A stretch of 64,000 nt of DNA from an uncultured Actinomycetota bacterium (GTDB lineage: Bacteria; Actinomycetota; Thermoleophilia; RBG-16-64-13), in contig CAVRJE010000023.1 of NCBI GenBank assembly GCA_963721365.1, positions 110,668 to 174,667 on the forward strand, read 5' to 3'. The notes beneath the pieces are model-generated. The model did no database searches. It was not told where the DNA came from and saw only the letters and a program-made list of their open reading frames with translations. Numbering within the stretch: position 1 is the first letter of the stretch; each line of letters begins with the position of its first letter. Below are positions 21,101 through 32,285 of this stretch, piece by piece. A program made the position numbers and the translations under genes.

Positions 21101-21292
21101 ATGTCCAAAGTGTGCGTCATATGCGGCAAAAAGCCCAGCTTCGGCAACAACCGGAGCCACTCCATGCGCGCGACCCCGCGGCGCTGGGACCCCAACGTCC
21201 AGAAGGTGCGCATACAGCTTGACGGCAAGCCGACCCAGGCCTACGTGTGCACCAAGTGCCTCAAGGGGCACAAAGTGCAGAAGGTCGCTTAG
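21101..21292 (+). CDS. rpmB: 50S ribosomal protein L28
   Basis: MSKVCVICGKKPSFGNNRSHSMRATPRRWDPNVQKVRIQLDGKPTQAYVCTKCLK. This start is internal to the 98-aa ORF. Confidence 0.9.
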   Translation: MSKVCVICGKKPSFGNNRSHSMRATPRRWDPNVQKVRIQLDGKPTQAYVCTKCLKGHKVQKVA

Positions 21293-21309
21293 TCGGTCAC
21301 TGACCCCGT

Positions 21310-21790
<481 letters not shown>

Positions 21791-21798
<8 letters not shown>

Positions 21799-23050
21799 GG
21801 CTCTCGTCCTTTCCCTCGGTTTCGGGGTATTGCAGTCCCTGGTGATGCAGGATGTGGCCTAGCTTCTCTTTCTTGACCCGCAAGTAGTCGACGTTGGCCT
21901 GCGTTGGCTTGACCTCGAGCGGCACCCTCTCGCTGATCGTGAGTCCATATCCCTCGAGTCCCACCAGTTTGCGCGGATTGTTGGTCATGATGCGGATGGA
22001 GGTGAGCCCCAGATCCACAAGGATCTGCGCGCCGATGCCGTAGTCACGCAGGTCGGGGGCGAAGCCGAGCTCGACGTTAGCTTCCACGGTGTCGAGACCC
22101 TGTTCCTGCAGTTCGTACGCTCGCAGCTTGTTGAGGAGACCTATCCCCCGGCCTTCCTGGGCCATGTAGAGCAACACCCCGAGCCCTTCCTTGTCGATGC
22201 GTTCGAGCGCCGCCTGCAGCTGCTCGCCGCAGTCGCACCTCAGTGAGTGGAAGACATCCCCTGTAAGGCATTCGGAGTGGACACGCACGAGCACGTTCTC
22301 CTTGCCCACGACGTCGCCCTTGACAAGCGCCAGATGCTGCTCGCCGTCAAGCAAGCTCTCGTAGCCATGGGCGACGAATTCGCCGAACCGAGTGGGCATC
22401 TGCACCACGGCGACAGGCCGTACGAGCTTCTCCGTGCGGCCCCGGTAGCGGATCAGGTCGGCCACGGTGACCATCTTCAGCCCGTGGCGGTGGCAATACT
22501 CGATAAGATCGGGCACGCGCGCCATGGTCCCGTCGTCGTTCATGACTTCGCAGATGACCCCGGCGGGGATCAGCCCCGCCAGCCGCGCGAGATCCACCGC
22601 CGCCTCGGTCTGGCCGGCGCGGGCGAGCACGCCGCCGGCTCGGGCTATGAGGGGAAAGACGTGGCCGGGCTGGACCAGATCCTCGGCACGCGTCCGGGGG
22701 TCGATCGCGACCCGCATGGTGTGGGCCCGGTCGGCCGCCGAGATGCCCGTCGTCACCCCGTCCCGTGCCTCGATCGAGACCGTGAAAGCGGTGCCGAACC
22801 TCGACGTGTTACTGCGCGCCATCGGGTGCAGACGAAGCTCCTCGGCCCTCTCGGCCGTGATCGACAGGCAGATGAGGCCTCGCCCGTGCGCCGCCATGAA
22901 GTTGACGGCCTCGGGAGTGACGAACTGCGCCGCCATCGTGAGGTCACCCTCGTTCTCGCGGTCTTCGTCGTCGACCACGACGACCATCCTGCCGCTCTTC
23001 AACTCCTCGAGCGCCTCCTCGATCGTTGCGAATGTCTGCCGCTCGCTCAT
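21791..23050 (-). CDS. ribBA: bifunctional 3,4-dihydroxy-2-butanone-4-phosphate synthase / GTP cyclohydrolase II
   Basis: Start [18 protein letters not shown] synthase motif [16 protein letters not shown] domain with CxCG..C zinc site and NPRKL. The 5-prime extension to 23224 is spurious. Confidence 0.9.
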
Positions 23051-23066
23051 GGTGTCAATCCTCCTA

Positions 23067-23732
23067 TCACGCGAACCCCTGTTCGCGTAGGAACTGTTCA
23101 GTAAGACCTCTCGGCGCAGCCTCAGCGCCGCCCCCGCTGCCGGCAAGCGCCCGCAGGGACTGCAGCACGTACCGAGCCAGCACGTCCGCCTCCACGTTGA
23201 CGAGCATCCCTGCCCTAGCCGCACGCAGCGTCGTTTCCTTGAGGGTATGAGGGATCACGCCCACGTCGAAGCCCTCGCCGTCCACCCGCATGACTGTGAG
23301 CGAGATGCCGTCGATGGCTATCGACCCTTTCGCGGCGACGGCTCCCCCGACGGCCGCGGGCAACGACACCCGCACTTCCCAGGCGATGCCTTCCTGGCGG
23401 ACCCGGAGGATCTCCCCCACGTCGTCGACGTGCCCCAGCACCAGATGGCCCCCGAGCCGGTCTCCCCACCGGAGCGAGCGCTCCAGGTTGACGAGAGAAC
23501 CGGGGCCCGCCTTACCCAGAGTCGTCCGCGCCAGCGTCTCGGGCATGCACTCCACGACGAAGCCGTCACCGTCAAGCGCGATAACCGTGAGGCAGGCGCC
23601 GCTCACCGCGATGGAGTCGCCCACCTTCGTGCCTTCGACCACGGTGCGAGCGCGCACGCTGAGCTTGCCGCCCCCCGGCCCTCGCTCCAAACGGCGGACC
23701 ACTCCCACCTCTTCGATCAACCCGGTGAACAT
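23067..23732 (-). CDS. ribE: riboflavin synthase alpha subunit
   Basis: [10 protein letters not shown] start. Duplicated lumazine-binding half-domains. Confidence 0.9.
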   Translation of the reverse strand: MFTGLIEEVGVVRRLERGPGGGKLSVRARTVVEGTKVGDSIAVSGACLTVIALDGDGFVVECMPETLARTTLGKAGPGSLVNLERSLRWGDRLGGHLVLGHVDDVGEILRVRQEGIAWEVRVSLPAAVGGAVAAKGSIAIDGISLTVMRVDGEGFDVGVIPHTLKETTLRAARAGMLVNVEADVLARYVLQSLRALAGSGGGAEAAPRGLTEQFLREQGFA

Positions 23733-24887
23733 CAGTACACATCCCCCGTATAGCCCGTCATCAGCACGTCGGTCCCCACCTGCCGCACCTCTACCTCCCG
23801 CAGCGCCGCCGCCTCATCCATCAGCGCCGGCCCAGGGGCCAGCAAGGCGCCTCGATGTTCGATGCCGGGCGCCAGCTTCGGGCAGATGAACGCGGCGACC
23901 TTGTCGATCACCCCGGCAGCCCACCACGAGCCCGCGAGGCGGCGGCCGCCTTCGAGCAGCACCGTCTGCACCCCCCGCTCGGCGAGAAGCGCCGCGGCGG
24001 CGCGGGGTTCGAGGAAGCCATCCTCGCTCCGGCCCGCTGTCGCCACCTCTACACCCCAGGAGCGCAGTTCCGCCCGGCGGTCATCTCCCAGGTCGCTCCC
24101 CGCGACCACAAGCACCGGTCCCGCCGCGAGGCTCCGCACCAGCGCGCTCTCCCGGGTCAACGTAGCCGAGCCGCCGACGACTACCCGCAGCGGCTGTCTG
24201 CGGCATTCGACTTCCCTCGCCGTAAGCTGAGGGTCGTCGGCACGTGCAGTCCCCGCCCCCACCACCACCGCGTCATGCCAAGCCCGCCACTGATGGACCA
24301 GGGCGCGGCTCTCCGGGCTGGAGATCCAGCGTGCGTCCCCTGTATCGGTGGCGAGACGGCCGTCCACCGTCATCGCGAACTTGTAAGTCACAAACGGCAT
24401 CCCCGTGGCTACGACCTTTCGCAGGCCGTCGTTCTGCCTCTTCATTCGCCTGCCGAGTTCCCCTTGCGCCACGTCGACCGGCTATGCCGGCCTCGCGCAG
24501 TATGCCTATCCCCCGTCCGTTCACAGCAGGAGTAGGATCGATCGCCCCCACGACCACCCGCGAAAAGCCCGCCGCGATCAGCGCCGACGTGCATGGCGGG
24601 GTCCGTCCGTGGGTACAGCACGGCTCGAGAGTCGTGTATATGGTCGTCCCAGCGCACACGGCACGCGCGGCCGCGAAGTCGAGGGGCGCCTCGCCGCCGC
24701 CGTCGCTTTCTTGGACCCGGCGGAGGGCGTCTCTGATGGCAGCGACCTCGGCGTGATCGCGGCCAGGTCCAACGTGGCAGCCCTCGCCCAGCACCTGCGC
24801 ATCCCTCACGATGACGGCGCCCACCACCGGATTGGGGCTGGTGCAGCCCCTACCTTTCTCCGCCAGGGAGAAGGCCCGCTCGAGCAT
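23732..24887 (-). CDS. ribD: bifunctional diaminohydroxyphosphoribosylaminopyrimidine deaminase / 5-amino-6-(5-phosphoribosylamino)uracil reductase; frame break near 24300-24450
   Basis: Deaminase domain (HAEVAAI...TLEPCCTHGRTPPC) is in ORF 24273..24935. Reductase domain (FVTYKFAMTVDGRLA...) is in ORF 23732..24472. The start is placed at MLERAF because the upstream ATG lies inside the riboswitch terminator. Confidence 0.85.
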
Positions 24888-24913
24888 CAGGACATCGTGT
24901 GCATCTACTGCCA

Positions 24914-24946
24914 ACAAAAAACCCCTCAGCCTCATGGCCCAGGGGT
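24914..24946 (-). terminator. intrinsic terminator of the FMN riboswitch expression platform
   Basis: On the minus strand: CCCCTGGGCC-ATGA-GGCTGAGGGG hairpin followed by TTTTTTG. Confidence 0.65.
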
Positions 24947-24964
24947 CGGCAGAGCGGCAAAGCG

Positions 24965-25085
24965 CTCCGGTCTTCTCTCTTCCAGACTTTCACTGTCGGC
25001 CCAGGTATCGCACCTGATCTGCCCCGTAGGGCTCGCGGGCTGTAACCGCCGGTAGGGAATCTCACCCGACCCCGAAGACCAACTA
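24965..25085 (-). promoter_or_regulatory. FMN riboswitch (RFN element) in the ribD leader
   Basis: The minus strand reads GGTCTTCGGGGTCGGGTGAGATTCCCTACCGGCGGTTACAGCCCGCGAGCC...GGCAGATCAGGTGCGATACCTGGGCCGACAGTGAAAGTCTGGAAGAGAGAAGACC. It matches RFN core blocks GGGTGAAATTCCC, ACCGGCGGT, AGCCCGCGAGC and CCGACAGTGAAAGTCTGGATGGGAGAAGG. P1 is GGTCTTC/GAAGACC. Confidence 0.9.
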
Positions 25086-25141
25086 TCGTCTCGCACCTAA
25101 ACGTGCGGGCAGAATCTACCACACAGCAGGCCGGGCTGCCA

Positions 25142-25837
25142 TTAAAAGCCCGGCTCGCCTCTCATGAGCGACTGCAGCGCCCGGGCTTCCACCCCCGGGT
25201 CGACGGCTCCGAACACCGCCGATCCGGCGACGATCCAGTTCGCTCCCATCTCCACCACTTGGCGTATGTTGCCCCGGTGGACTCCCCCGTCCAGTTCGAT
25301 GGCGGCGTCAGGACGAATCATCTCCCTGACCACGGGCACCTTGCGGAGGGCGGAGGGGATGAGCTTCTGGCCGCCGAAACCAGGATTCACGGTCATGATC
25401 AGCACCAGATCGACCAATCCGGCCACGTCCCGGATGCGCGAGACATCGGTGCCCGGGTTGATAGCAACGCCGGCCCCAACTCCCGATGCCTTGATGGCCT
25501 CGACGGCGTGGAACAGATGAGCGGAGGCCTCCGCGTGCACGCTCAGCGCGTCCGCCCCCGCGTCCACGAAGTCGTCTATGAACTTCTCCGGACGCTCGAT
25601 CATCAAGTGGACGGAGAGAAATCCTCCTCGTCTATGAACATCCCGTGCGACGGCGGCGACCACGGCCGGGCCTATCGTCAGGTTCGGGACGAAATGCCCG
25701 TCCATGATGTCGCAGTGGATGATCCGGGCGCCGGCATCCATCACTCGTGCGATCTCCTCGCCCAGACGGGCAAAATCGGCCGAGAGGAGGGACGGGAGCA
25801 GGTGCAGTTCGCTGTATGTGGCTGATGGTATCGGCAC
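25142..25837 (-). CDS. rpe: ribulose-phosphate 3-epimerase
   Basis: LLPSLLSADFARLGEEI...HCDIMDGHFVPNLT...HLMIE. 231 aa. Confidence 0.9.
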   Translation of the reverse strand: MPIPSATYSELHLLPSLLSADFARLGEEIARVMDAGARIIHCDIMDGHFVPNLTIGPAVVAAVARDVHRRGGFLSVHLMIERPEKFIDDFVDAGADALSVHAEASAHLFHAVEAIKASGVGAGVAINPGTDVSRIRDVAGLVDLVLIMTVNPGFGGQKLIPSALRKVPVVREMIRPDAAIELDGGVHRGNIRQVVEMGANWIVAGSAVFGAVDPGVEARALQSLMRGEPGF

Positions 25838-25839
25838 CG

Positions 25840-26805
25840 CTACCTCGCTCCAACTCCTTCGATCCGGTCTCCCAGGCGGGCTCTGTATCCGCGGAGGAAG
25901 GCCGCCGCCCCCATAGCGCTCTTGCCGTCAGGCTGGACGCTCAGCACCTGCACCACTCCGTCACCGCACCCCATGAAGAGCTGCTCGCCGGCCACCGCAA
26001 TCGCTCCGGGCCGGCCGGCGACGTGCGCCGCTCCGGCCGGCGGAGGCTCCAGTCCGGGTTGCCCGTAGGGCCAGGTGCGCCAGATCTTGAACCGGAGGTC
26101 GCCGCTTCTCACCCGCGCTCCCACCCTGGGGCTGAGGGAGCGAACCTGGTCGTGCACACGTCGCGCAGAGCTTCTGGTGTCAAGCAGACAGTCGTTCCAA
26201 CACAGCTTCTCCGCGTAGCCCTGCTGCCCTTCCTGTTCGGTCCATACGACCGTCCCGTCGTCCAAACCAGTGAGCACGCTGTGCAGACCGAGCGCACCCA
26301 GGAAGGCGAGCGCCCGGCCGACCGTGCCGGCGTCGTCGCGCAGGCCGACCGAGAACGAGGTCTGCAGTGCCCACGGGCCGGAATCGAGCGCTTCTGTCAC
26401 GCGCATGATGGTGACTCCGATGCGCGACTCACCGGCCGCCAGCGCCCGTTCGATCGGAGCCGCCCCGCGGTAGGCGGGCAGCAGCGACGCGTGGACGTTC
26501 ACGCACAGCAGCGAATCGAGGAAGCTCTTCGTCAGGATCTGGCCGAACGCGGATACCACTAGGGCCTCGGCACCGGCCGACCGGAGCCGATCGAGGACCT
26601 CCGGGGCATTGATATCTTCGGGCTGGATGAGGTCGAGGCCCAGACGGGAGGCGGCGACCGCCGCCGCGGGCGCGGTCGCCCGCCGTCCCCGGCCTACGGG
26701 ACGGTCTGGTTGCGATATGACCAGACAGGGACGGCGCTGGAGTTCCGCCAAATGCTCGAGCGTCCTGGCCGCGAAATCCGGCGTGCCTGCGAATGCGAAG
26801 TTCAC
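25840..26805 (-). CDS. fmt: methionyl-tRNA formyltransferase
   Basis: Likely GTG start at VNFAFAGTPDFAA, overlapping the def stop. HASLLPAYRG motif. The Arg-rich N-terminal 110 aa of the 430-aa ORF is a wrong-frame overlap with def. Confidence 0.85.
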   Translation of the reverse strand: MNFAFAGTPDFAARTLEHLAELQRRPCLVISQPDRPVGRGRRATAPAAAVAASRLGLDLIQPEDINAPEVLDRLRSAGAEALVVSAFGQILTKSFLDSLLCVNVHASLLPAYRGAAPIERALAAGESRIGVTIMRVTEALDSGPWALQTSFSVGLRDDAGTVGRALAFLGALGLHSVLTGLDDGTVVWTEQEGQQGYAEKLCWNDCLLDTRSSARRVHDQVRSLSPRVGARVRSGDLRFKIWRTWPYGQPGLEPPPAGAAHVAGRPGAIAVAGEQLFMGCGDGVVQVLSVQPDGKSAMGAAAFLRGYRARLGDRIEGVGAR

Positions 26806-27353
26806 GTGTCTGTCGCCAGGGAAAGCTCGCGAAGTTCCTTGAGCACCCGCCGCCGCTCTTCGGGCGTGGCGCGATCGAGTATGAGCCGGCCGTCCAGGTG
26901 GTCGATCTCGTGCTGCATGATGCGGGCCACGATCCCCTCCGCCTCCAACTCGATCGCGGTCCCATGCAGGTCGCGCGCCTGCACGGTGACCTGGTCGCAC
27001 CTCGACACTTCGACCGTACATCCGGGCACCGACAGGCAGCCCTCGGACGCTGTGGTGCATTCCTCCGAACGGAAGACGATCTCGGGGTTGACGAAGACAT
27101 ACTCGTCGTCCTCGTGCTCGGGGTCTCTCCACACCATCACGCGGCTGAGCACGCCTATCTGGGGAGCGGCCAGGCCTACCCCCTCCTCCCGGTGCATGAC
27201 CTCGAGCATGATCGCCGCAAGCTTCTCCAGGCGGGCGTCGAAGATCGTAACGATGTTGGTCTGCTGCCGGAGAGCGGGGTCGCCGAGCGTCCGCAGACGC
27301 TCTAGCGGGGCCTCCCCCTGGCGCTGTCGCTGTGACTGATCTTTACGTGCCAT
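26802..27353 (-). CDS. def: peptide deformylase
   Basis: Motifs GVGLAAPQIG, EGCLSVPG and QHEIDHLDG. Start chosen at MARKDQS. Confidence 0.9.
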   Translation of the reverse strand: MARKDQSQRQRQGEAPLERLRTLGDPALRQQTNIVTIFDARLEKLAAIMLEVMHREEGVGLAAPQIGVLSRVMVWRDPEHEDDEYVFVNPEIVFRSEECTTASEGCLSVPGCTVEVSRCDQVTVQARDLHGTAIELEAEGIVARIMQHEIDHLDGRLILDRATPEERRRVLKELRELSLATDT

Positions 27354-27378
27354 TCCGGCCTCACCGCTCCGAATCGAC

Positions 27379-29592
27379 CTAGCTGAAAGACAGGGGATCG
27401 ACGTCGACCAGAAGGACGACACCACGGCGCCGATACGGCTCCTGCAGCTGCGCGAGCGCCTGCCCTATTATAGTCCGAGCCCGCTCTCCATGGCGGGCCG
27501 CCACCATCACCTGCCACCGGTGCCGCCCCCGCAAACGAGGCAGCGGCGCCGGACCGTGCAGCTCTTCGCCCAGAAAATAGGGCTCGAGCCGCTCCACCAG
27601 ATGCCGGCCGGCCGCCTGGGCCCTCTCGGGGTGGGCAGAAGAAGTGACCAGCCGTATGAGCTCCGCGTAGGGGGGATAGCCCAAGCGCTCCCTGATGCTC
27701 AACTCCTCTGCGTAGAAGAGATCCTCGTTCCCTTCCAGCGCCATACGGATGCACGGTACGTCCGGATTGGAGGTCTGCACCAGCACGCGGCCGGGGCGCT
27801 CCGCGCGCCCGGCGCGGCCGGCTACCTGCGTCAGTAGCTGGAAGGTCCTCTCGGCCGCACGGAAGTCCGGGACGTACAGCCCCACATCGGCATCTGCCAC
27901 GATCACCAGAGTCACGTCGGGGAAGTCGTGGCCTTTGGCCACCATCTGGGTGCCGACCAATACCGCGGGCCGGGCCGCGGCGAAGCCCTCGAGCGCCGTC
28001 TGCACCCGGGTGCCGGTGCCCGTCACGTCGGAATCCATGCGGAACACCTGCTCGCCGGGAACGAGGGCGCGCAACTCCCCGTCGAGCCGTTCGGTGCCCG
28101 GAGAGGCCCGCGTGAGCGGCGCTTCGCCACACTTGGGACAGGCGGCCGGCTGGGAGTAGGACCGGCCGCAGTGATGGCAGAGCAACCGGCGCGAGCGCCG
28201 GTGATAGGTGAGCGACAGCTCGCAGTCCGCGCACATCAGCACGTGGCCGCAGGCGTCGCAGTAGACATAGCCCGCGTAGCCGCGGCGGTTGAGCAGGATG
28301 ATCGACTGTTCGCCCCGGCGGAGCACTTCGGCCAGCGCCTCGCGCGAACGCGGGGCCAGAAGGAGGCCCGCGCCCTGGCGCCTCATGTCGACCACCTCTA
28401 CCTTCGGCTGCGTCCCGGCGGCGCGGCGCGTCAGGCGCAGGCGCTGCTCCCCGCTCACCATGCTGTCGACCGCCGGCGTCGCGCTTCCCTCCAGCAGCAA
28501 CCCTCCTGGCCCCTCCAATCGCAGTTCCGCCACCGTCTTCACCCGGTACCTGGGCTCTTCCTCCTGCTTGTAGGAGTTGTCATGCGCTTCGTCGATGATG
28601 ATCAGGCCCAGGTCTTTGACCGGCGCGAACACAGCGGAGCGAGCACCGACGACGATGGGGGCCTCCCCCGAAGCGACCCGGCGGTACTCCCGCACCCGTT
28701 CCGCGTGAGGAAGCCCGCTGTGGAAGACCCCAACCCGGCTGCCGAAGCGAGCTCTGACTCGCTGGATCGTCTGCGGGGTGAGGGCGATCTCGGGCACGAG
28801 CAGAATGGCGCCTCGCCCGGTATTGAGGGAGTGCGCTATCAGGCGGAGATACACTTCGGTCTTGCCGCTCCCGGTCACTCCCCAGAGCAGCCGGTACGAA
28901 AGTCCAGGTTCGTCGAGGGCGGCGACGAGGCCGGCGACGGCATGCTCCTGCTCCGGCCAGAGGGTGAGAGGAGGGCTCGCGCCTTCGCCCTCGGGGGGCA
29001 CGCCTTCCGGCCGGGTGACGCCGCGGAACTCCACAAGGCCCTTTCTCTCGAGCGTGTCGAGCACCCCCCTGCCTACACCGGCCTGCTCGCAAAGCACCTT
29101 CTTGGAGACGCCCTCCGCCGGGACGGCTTTCAGCACCGTCCGTTGCTTCGCGGTGAGCTTGGCGATGCTCGCCGGGTCGGGGTCGGGAAGCAGCACCACC
29201 AGATCCTTGCGGGTGGACACCTTCGCGCCTCGCCCGCTTGCGCTGCCCACGGGAGCGACCAGGCGCAAACAGGATTCAAGGGAGCAGAGATATCGGCCGG
29301 CCAGAGCCTGGGCGAGGTCGAGCAGCTCTTCGGGGATTCGGTCCGGGCCGACCGCCTCGATAGAACGGAGCCCCTCTTCGGGCACCTCGGCTCGCACCGC
29401 GGTGGATAGAACGACCGCCCGGGCCGTCCGCTTGCCGAACGGCACAGTCACGACTGAGCCGACCGAGAGCTCGTCCGCCAGGTGCTCCGGGATCAGATAG
29501 TCGAATTGCCGGTCCCCCAGGTGATGTAGCCGCAGAAGGACGACGACCCGGGCTATCCGCCCGCTATCCTCGACCGCGCTAGGCGCCACCAT
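27379..29592 (-). CDS. priA: primosomal protein N-prime (replication restart helicase PriA)
   Basis: 737 aa. Walker A GVTGSGKTEVY and DEAH-type IIIDEAHD. Cys4-Cys4 zinc region CDACGHVLMCADC...CHHCG...CPKCG. Confidence 0.9.
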   Translation of the reverse strand: MVAPSAVEDSGRIARVVVLLRLHHLGDRQFDYLIPEHLADELSVGSVVTVPFGKRTARAVVLSTAVRAEVPEEGLRSIEAVGPDRIPEELLDLAQALAGRYLCSLESCLRLVAPVGSASGRGAKVSTRKDLVVLLPDPDPASIAKLTAKQRTVLKAVPAEGVSKKVLCEQAGVGRGVLDTLERKGLVEFRGVTRPEGVPPEGEGASPPLTLWPEQEHAVAGLVAALDEPGLSYRLLWGVTGSGKTEVYLRLIAHSLNTGRGAILLVPEIALTPQTIQRVRARFGSRVGVFHSGLPHAERVREYRRVASGEAPIVVGARSAVFAPVKDLGLIIIDEAHDNSYKQEEEPRYRVKTVAELRLEGPGGLLLEGSATPAVDSMVSGEQRLRLTRRAAGTQPKVEVVDMRRQGAGLLLAPRSREALAEVLRRGEQSIILLNRRGYAGYVYCDACGHVLMCADCELSLTYHRRSRRLLCHHCGRSYSQPAACPKCGEAPLTRASPGTERLDGELRALVPGEQVFRMDSDVTGTGTRVQTALEGFAAARPAVLVGTQMVAKGHDFPDVTLVIVADADVGLYVPDFRAAERTFQLLTQVAGRAGRAERPGRVLVQTSNPDVPCIRMALEGNEDLFYAEELSIRERLGYPPYAELIRLVTSSAHPERAQAAGRHLVERLEPYFLGEELHGPAPLPRLRGRHRWQVMVAARHGERARTIIGQALAQLQEPYRRRGVVLLVDVDPLSFS

Positions 29593-29651
29593 TTCCTCCA
29601 GCGGCCTGCGGTGGATACGCCGATCCCGCCGCTCTATCGAGCAAGAGGCCC

Positions 29652-30863
29652 CTAGTTCAGACCCGCGTCACTGCGAAGGGCGTCGGCCTTGTCCGTGGCC
29701 TCCCACGTGAAGTCGGCGTCTTCGCGGCCGAAGTGGCCGTAGGCGGCGGTCTTCTCGTAGATGGGCCGGAGAAGCCTGAGGTCGCGGATGATGGCGGCCG
29801 GGCGCAGGTCGAAGTGGCTGAGGACCAGTTCCTGGATCGTGGCCTGGCTCACCTTCTCGGTGCCGAAGCACTCGACCATGACGCTCACCGGATGGGCCAC
29901 GCCGATCGCGTACGCGATCTCCACCTCGCACCGGTCGGCCAGTCCTGCCGCGACTACGTTCTTCGCGACATGACGCGCGGCGTAGGCCGCCGATCGGTCG
30001 ACTTTCGACGGGTCTTTGCCCGAGAAAGCCCCGCCGCCGTGCCGCCCGAACCCTCCGTACGTATCTACGATGATCTTGCGCCCGGTAAGACCGGTATCGC
30101 CCATGGGGCCACCGATAACGAACTTGCCGGTCGGGTTGACGTACAGCTTGGTCTTCTTGAATTCCGGATCGTAGAGACCCTCGGGCAGGACCGGCCGGAT
30201 CACATGCTCGATCAGGTCGGGCCTCATGAGGGTCTCGATGTCGATGCCGTCCGCGTGCTGCGTGGAGAGGACCACCGCGGTGATGAACTCCGGCTTGCCG
30301 TCGGAGTACTTGACCGTCACCTGGCTCTTGCTGTCGGGCCGCAGGTAGGGGACCACGAATCCCTTGCGCACTTCGCTCAGGCGGTGCACCAGACGGTGGG
30401 CAAGAGAGATGGGCATGGGCATGAGCTCGGCGGTATCCCGGCAAGCGTAGCCGAACATCATCCCTTGGTCGCCCGCTCCCTGGCAGTCCAGGGCATCCTG
30501 GTCGGTGGGATCGACCCGGCATTCGAGCGCCGCCCGCACTCCCTGGGCAATGTCCGGGGACTGCTCGTGGAGAGTGGTGATGATGCCGCAGGTGGAGGCG
30601 TCGAAGCCGTATTTGGCGCGGGTGTACCCGATGCGCTCGATGGTCTTCCGGACCAGGGAGGGCACGTCCACATAGGTAGTGGTGGTGATCTCGCCGGAGA
30701 CCACTACCAGGCCGGTGGTGATCAGCGTCTCGCAGGCGACGTGACCGTTCGGATCGTCTCGTAGGACCGCGTCGAGCACGGCGTCCGAGATCTGGTCGGC
30801 GATCTTGTCGGGATGCCCCTCGCTCACCGACTCCGACGTGAACAGGAAATCATGGTTCTTCAC
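29652..30863 (-). CDS. metK: S-adenosylmethionine synthetase
   Basis: [15 protein letters not shown] and GGGAFSGKD motifs. 403 aa. Confidence 0.95.
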   Translation of the reverse strand: MKNHDFLFTSESVSEGHPDKIADQISDAVLDAVLRDDPNGHVACETLITTGLVVVSGEITTTTYVDVPSLVRKTIERIGYTRAKYGFDASTCGIITTLHEQSPDIAQGVRAALECRVDPTDQDALDCQGAGDQGMMFGYACRDTAELMPMPISLAHRLVHRLSEVRKGFVVPYLRPDSKSQVTVKYSDGKPEFITAVVLSTQHADGIDIETLMRPDLIEHVIRPVLPEGLYDPEFKKTKLYVNPTGKFVIGGPMGDTGLTGRKIIVDTYGGFGRHGGGAFSGKDPSKVDRSAAYAARHVAKNVVAAGLADRCEVEIAYAIGVAHPVSVMVECFGTEKVSQATIQELVLSHFDLRPAAIIRDLRLLRPIYEKTAAYGHFGREDADFTWEATDKADALRSDAGLN

Positions 30864-30947
30864 CGCTCTTGACCTCCAGGACTATCGCTGCCAAGGGCGG
30901 TCACGGCCGCCCTTCTAGTGCCGTCGGCGCAGTGTATCAGATACGCC

Positions 30948-32285
30948 CTACCCGGCTCTGTCCCGGTTGTCGATCACCAGGCGCCGCCGGTCCGGGGACT
31001 CCGGGATGCTCTTCGGCTCCACGAGCCGCACCCGGGGCCGTATCCCCAGCTCTTGCCGCATGCGCTCTTCGACGTGCTGCTGGAAGCTCTGCAGCTTGCG
31101 GACCGTGTCGGCCATGAAGGACGTCTCCACCTCGATCTGGATCTCGATCTGGTCGAGCGCGCCTTCGCGGAACACGATCATCCGGTAGCGGGGCTCGACG
31201 CCTTCGATGTCCTGGAGCACCGCCTCGATGGACGCGGGATAGACGTTGACGCCGCGGATGACGAGCATGTCGTCGGTGCGCGAGTACACCTTGCTGTGGC
31301 GCGCGAAGACCCTTCCACAGGCGCAGGGCCGGTTGCTGAGGCTGGCCAGGTCGCCGCTGCGGTAGCGGATCACCGGTAGCGCCTCTTTGGTCAGCGACGT
31401 GAACACCAGCTCCCCTTCTTTGCCGTCGGGCACAGGCTCTCCCGTCGCCGGGTCCACCACCTCGACCAGGAAGTGGTCCTCGCTGACGTGCAGGCCGTCC
31501 TTGTTCCAGCATTCGTAGGAGACACCGGGGCCGATGACCTCCGAGAGCCCGTAGATGTCGCTGGCCGACATGCCCGTGCGCTTCTCCAGTTCGTCCCTGA
31601 CCTGATTGGTCCACGGCTCCGAGCCCAGGAGCGCCACCCTGAGGTCCAGCGCCTTCAGGTCGTATCCCAAGCGGGGCGCCACCTCGGTCATGTGCATGAC
31701 GTACGAGGGCGTGCCGACAAGGACCGTGGTCTTGAAATCCCTCATGATCTGCAACTGACGCTGCGTGTTGCCGGTCCCGGCCGGCACCACGGTCACGCCC
31801 ACCCTCTCCAGACCGGCGTGCATCCCGAACGCCCCGGTGGTCAGGCCGTATTCGAAGCTGATCTGAGCCACGTCGTGGGACCGGGCCCCACCGGCCACGG
31901 CCACCCGGGCGCAGAGCTCCGACCAGGTATTGAGGTCTCCCCGGCTGTAGCCGACCACGGTGGGGTTCGAAATGGTCCCCGACGTCGAATGGATGCGGAT
32001 GATCTTCTCCAGAGGCAAGGCGAAGAGCCCATACGGGTACGCGGCCTTGAAGTCGCTCTTGACCGTGAAGGGGAGTTTCCGCAGATCCTCCAAGGAGCGG
32101 ATGTCACCCGGCTTGAGCTTCATGGCCGACCAGCGGTCGTGATGGAAGGGAACGTTCTCGTAGGTCCAGCGCAGCGTCATCTGCAGCCGCTTGAACTGCA
32201 GCTCGCGCAGTTCCTCCCTGCTCATCGTCTCGTACTCAGGGTTCCAGATCGCGTTCATCACTTCTCCCTGGACGTCTCCACGGCG
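30948..32285 (-). CDS. paaK: phenylacetate-CoA ligase family protein (PaaK-type adenylate-forming enzyme)
   Basis: Start MNAIWNPEYETMSREELRELQFKRL. HSTSGTISNPTV-type AMP-binding motif YGLSE. ATG overlaps the livF stop as gtgATGa. Confidence 0.8.
   Translation of the reverse strand, partial: RRGDVQGEVMNAIWNPEYETMSREELRELQFKRLQMTLRWTYENVPFHHDRWSAMKLKPGDIRSLEDLRKLPFTVKSDFKAAYPYGLFALPLEKIIRIHSTSGTISNPTVVGYSRGDLNTWSELCARVAVAGGARSHDVAQISFEYGLTTGAFGMHAGLERVGVTVVPAGTGNTQRQLQIMRDFKTTVLVGTPSYVMHMTEVAPRLGYDLKALDLRVALLGSEPWTNQVRDELEKRTGMSASDIYGLSEVIGPGVSYECWNKDGLHVSEDHFLVEVVDPATGEPVPDGKEGELVFTSLTKEALPVIRYRSGDLASLSNRPCACGRVFARHSKVYSRTDDMLVIRGVNVYPASIEAVLQDIEGVEPRYRMIVFREGALDQIEIQIEVETSFMADTVRKLQSFQQHVEERMRQELGIRPRVRLVEPKSIPESPDRRRLVIDNRDRAG

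Noticed and set aside
25840-27132. 430-aa ORF suggesting an Fmt with a 110-aa N-terminal extension
   Set aside because: The extension is the Arg-rich out-of-frame overlap with def. Fmt begins at VNFAFAGTPDF, coupled to the def stop.
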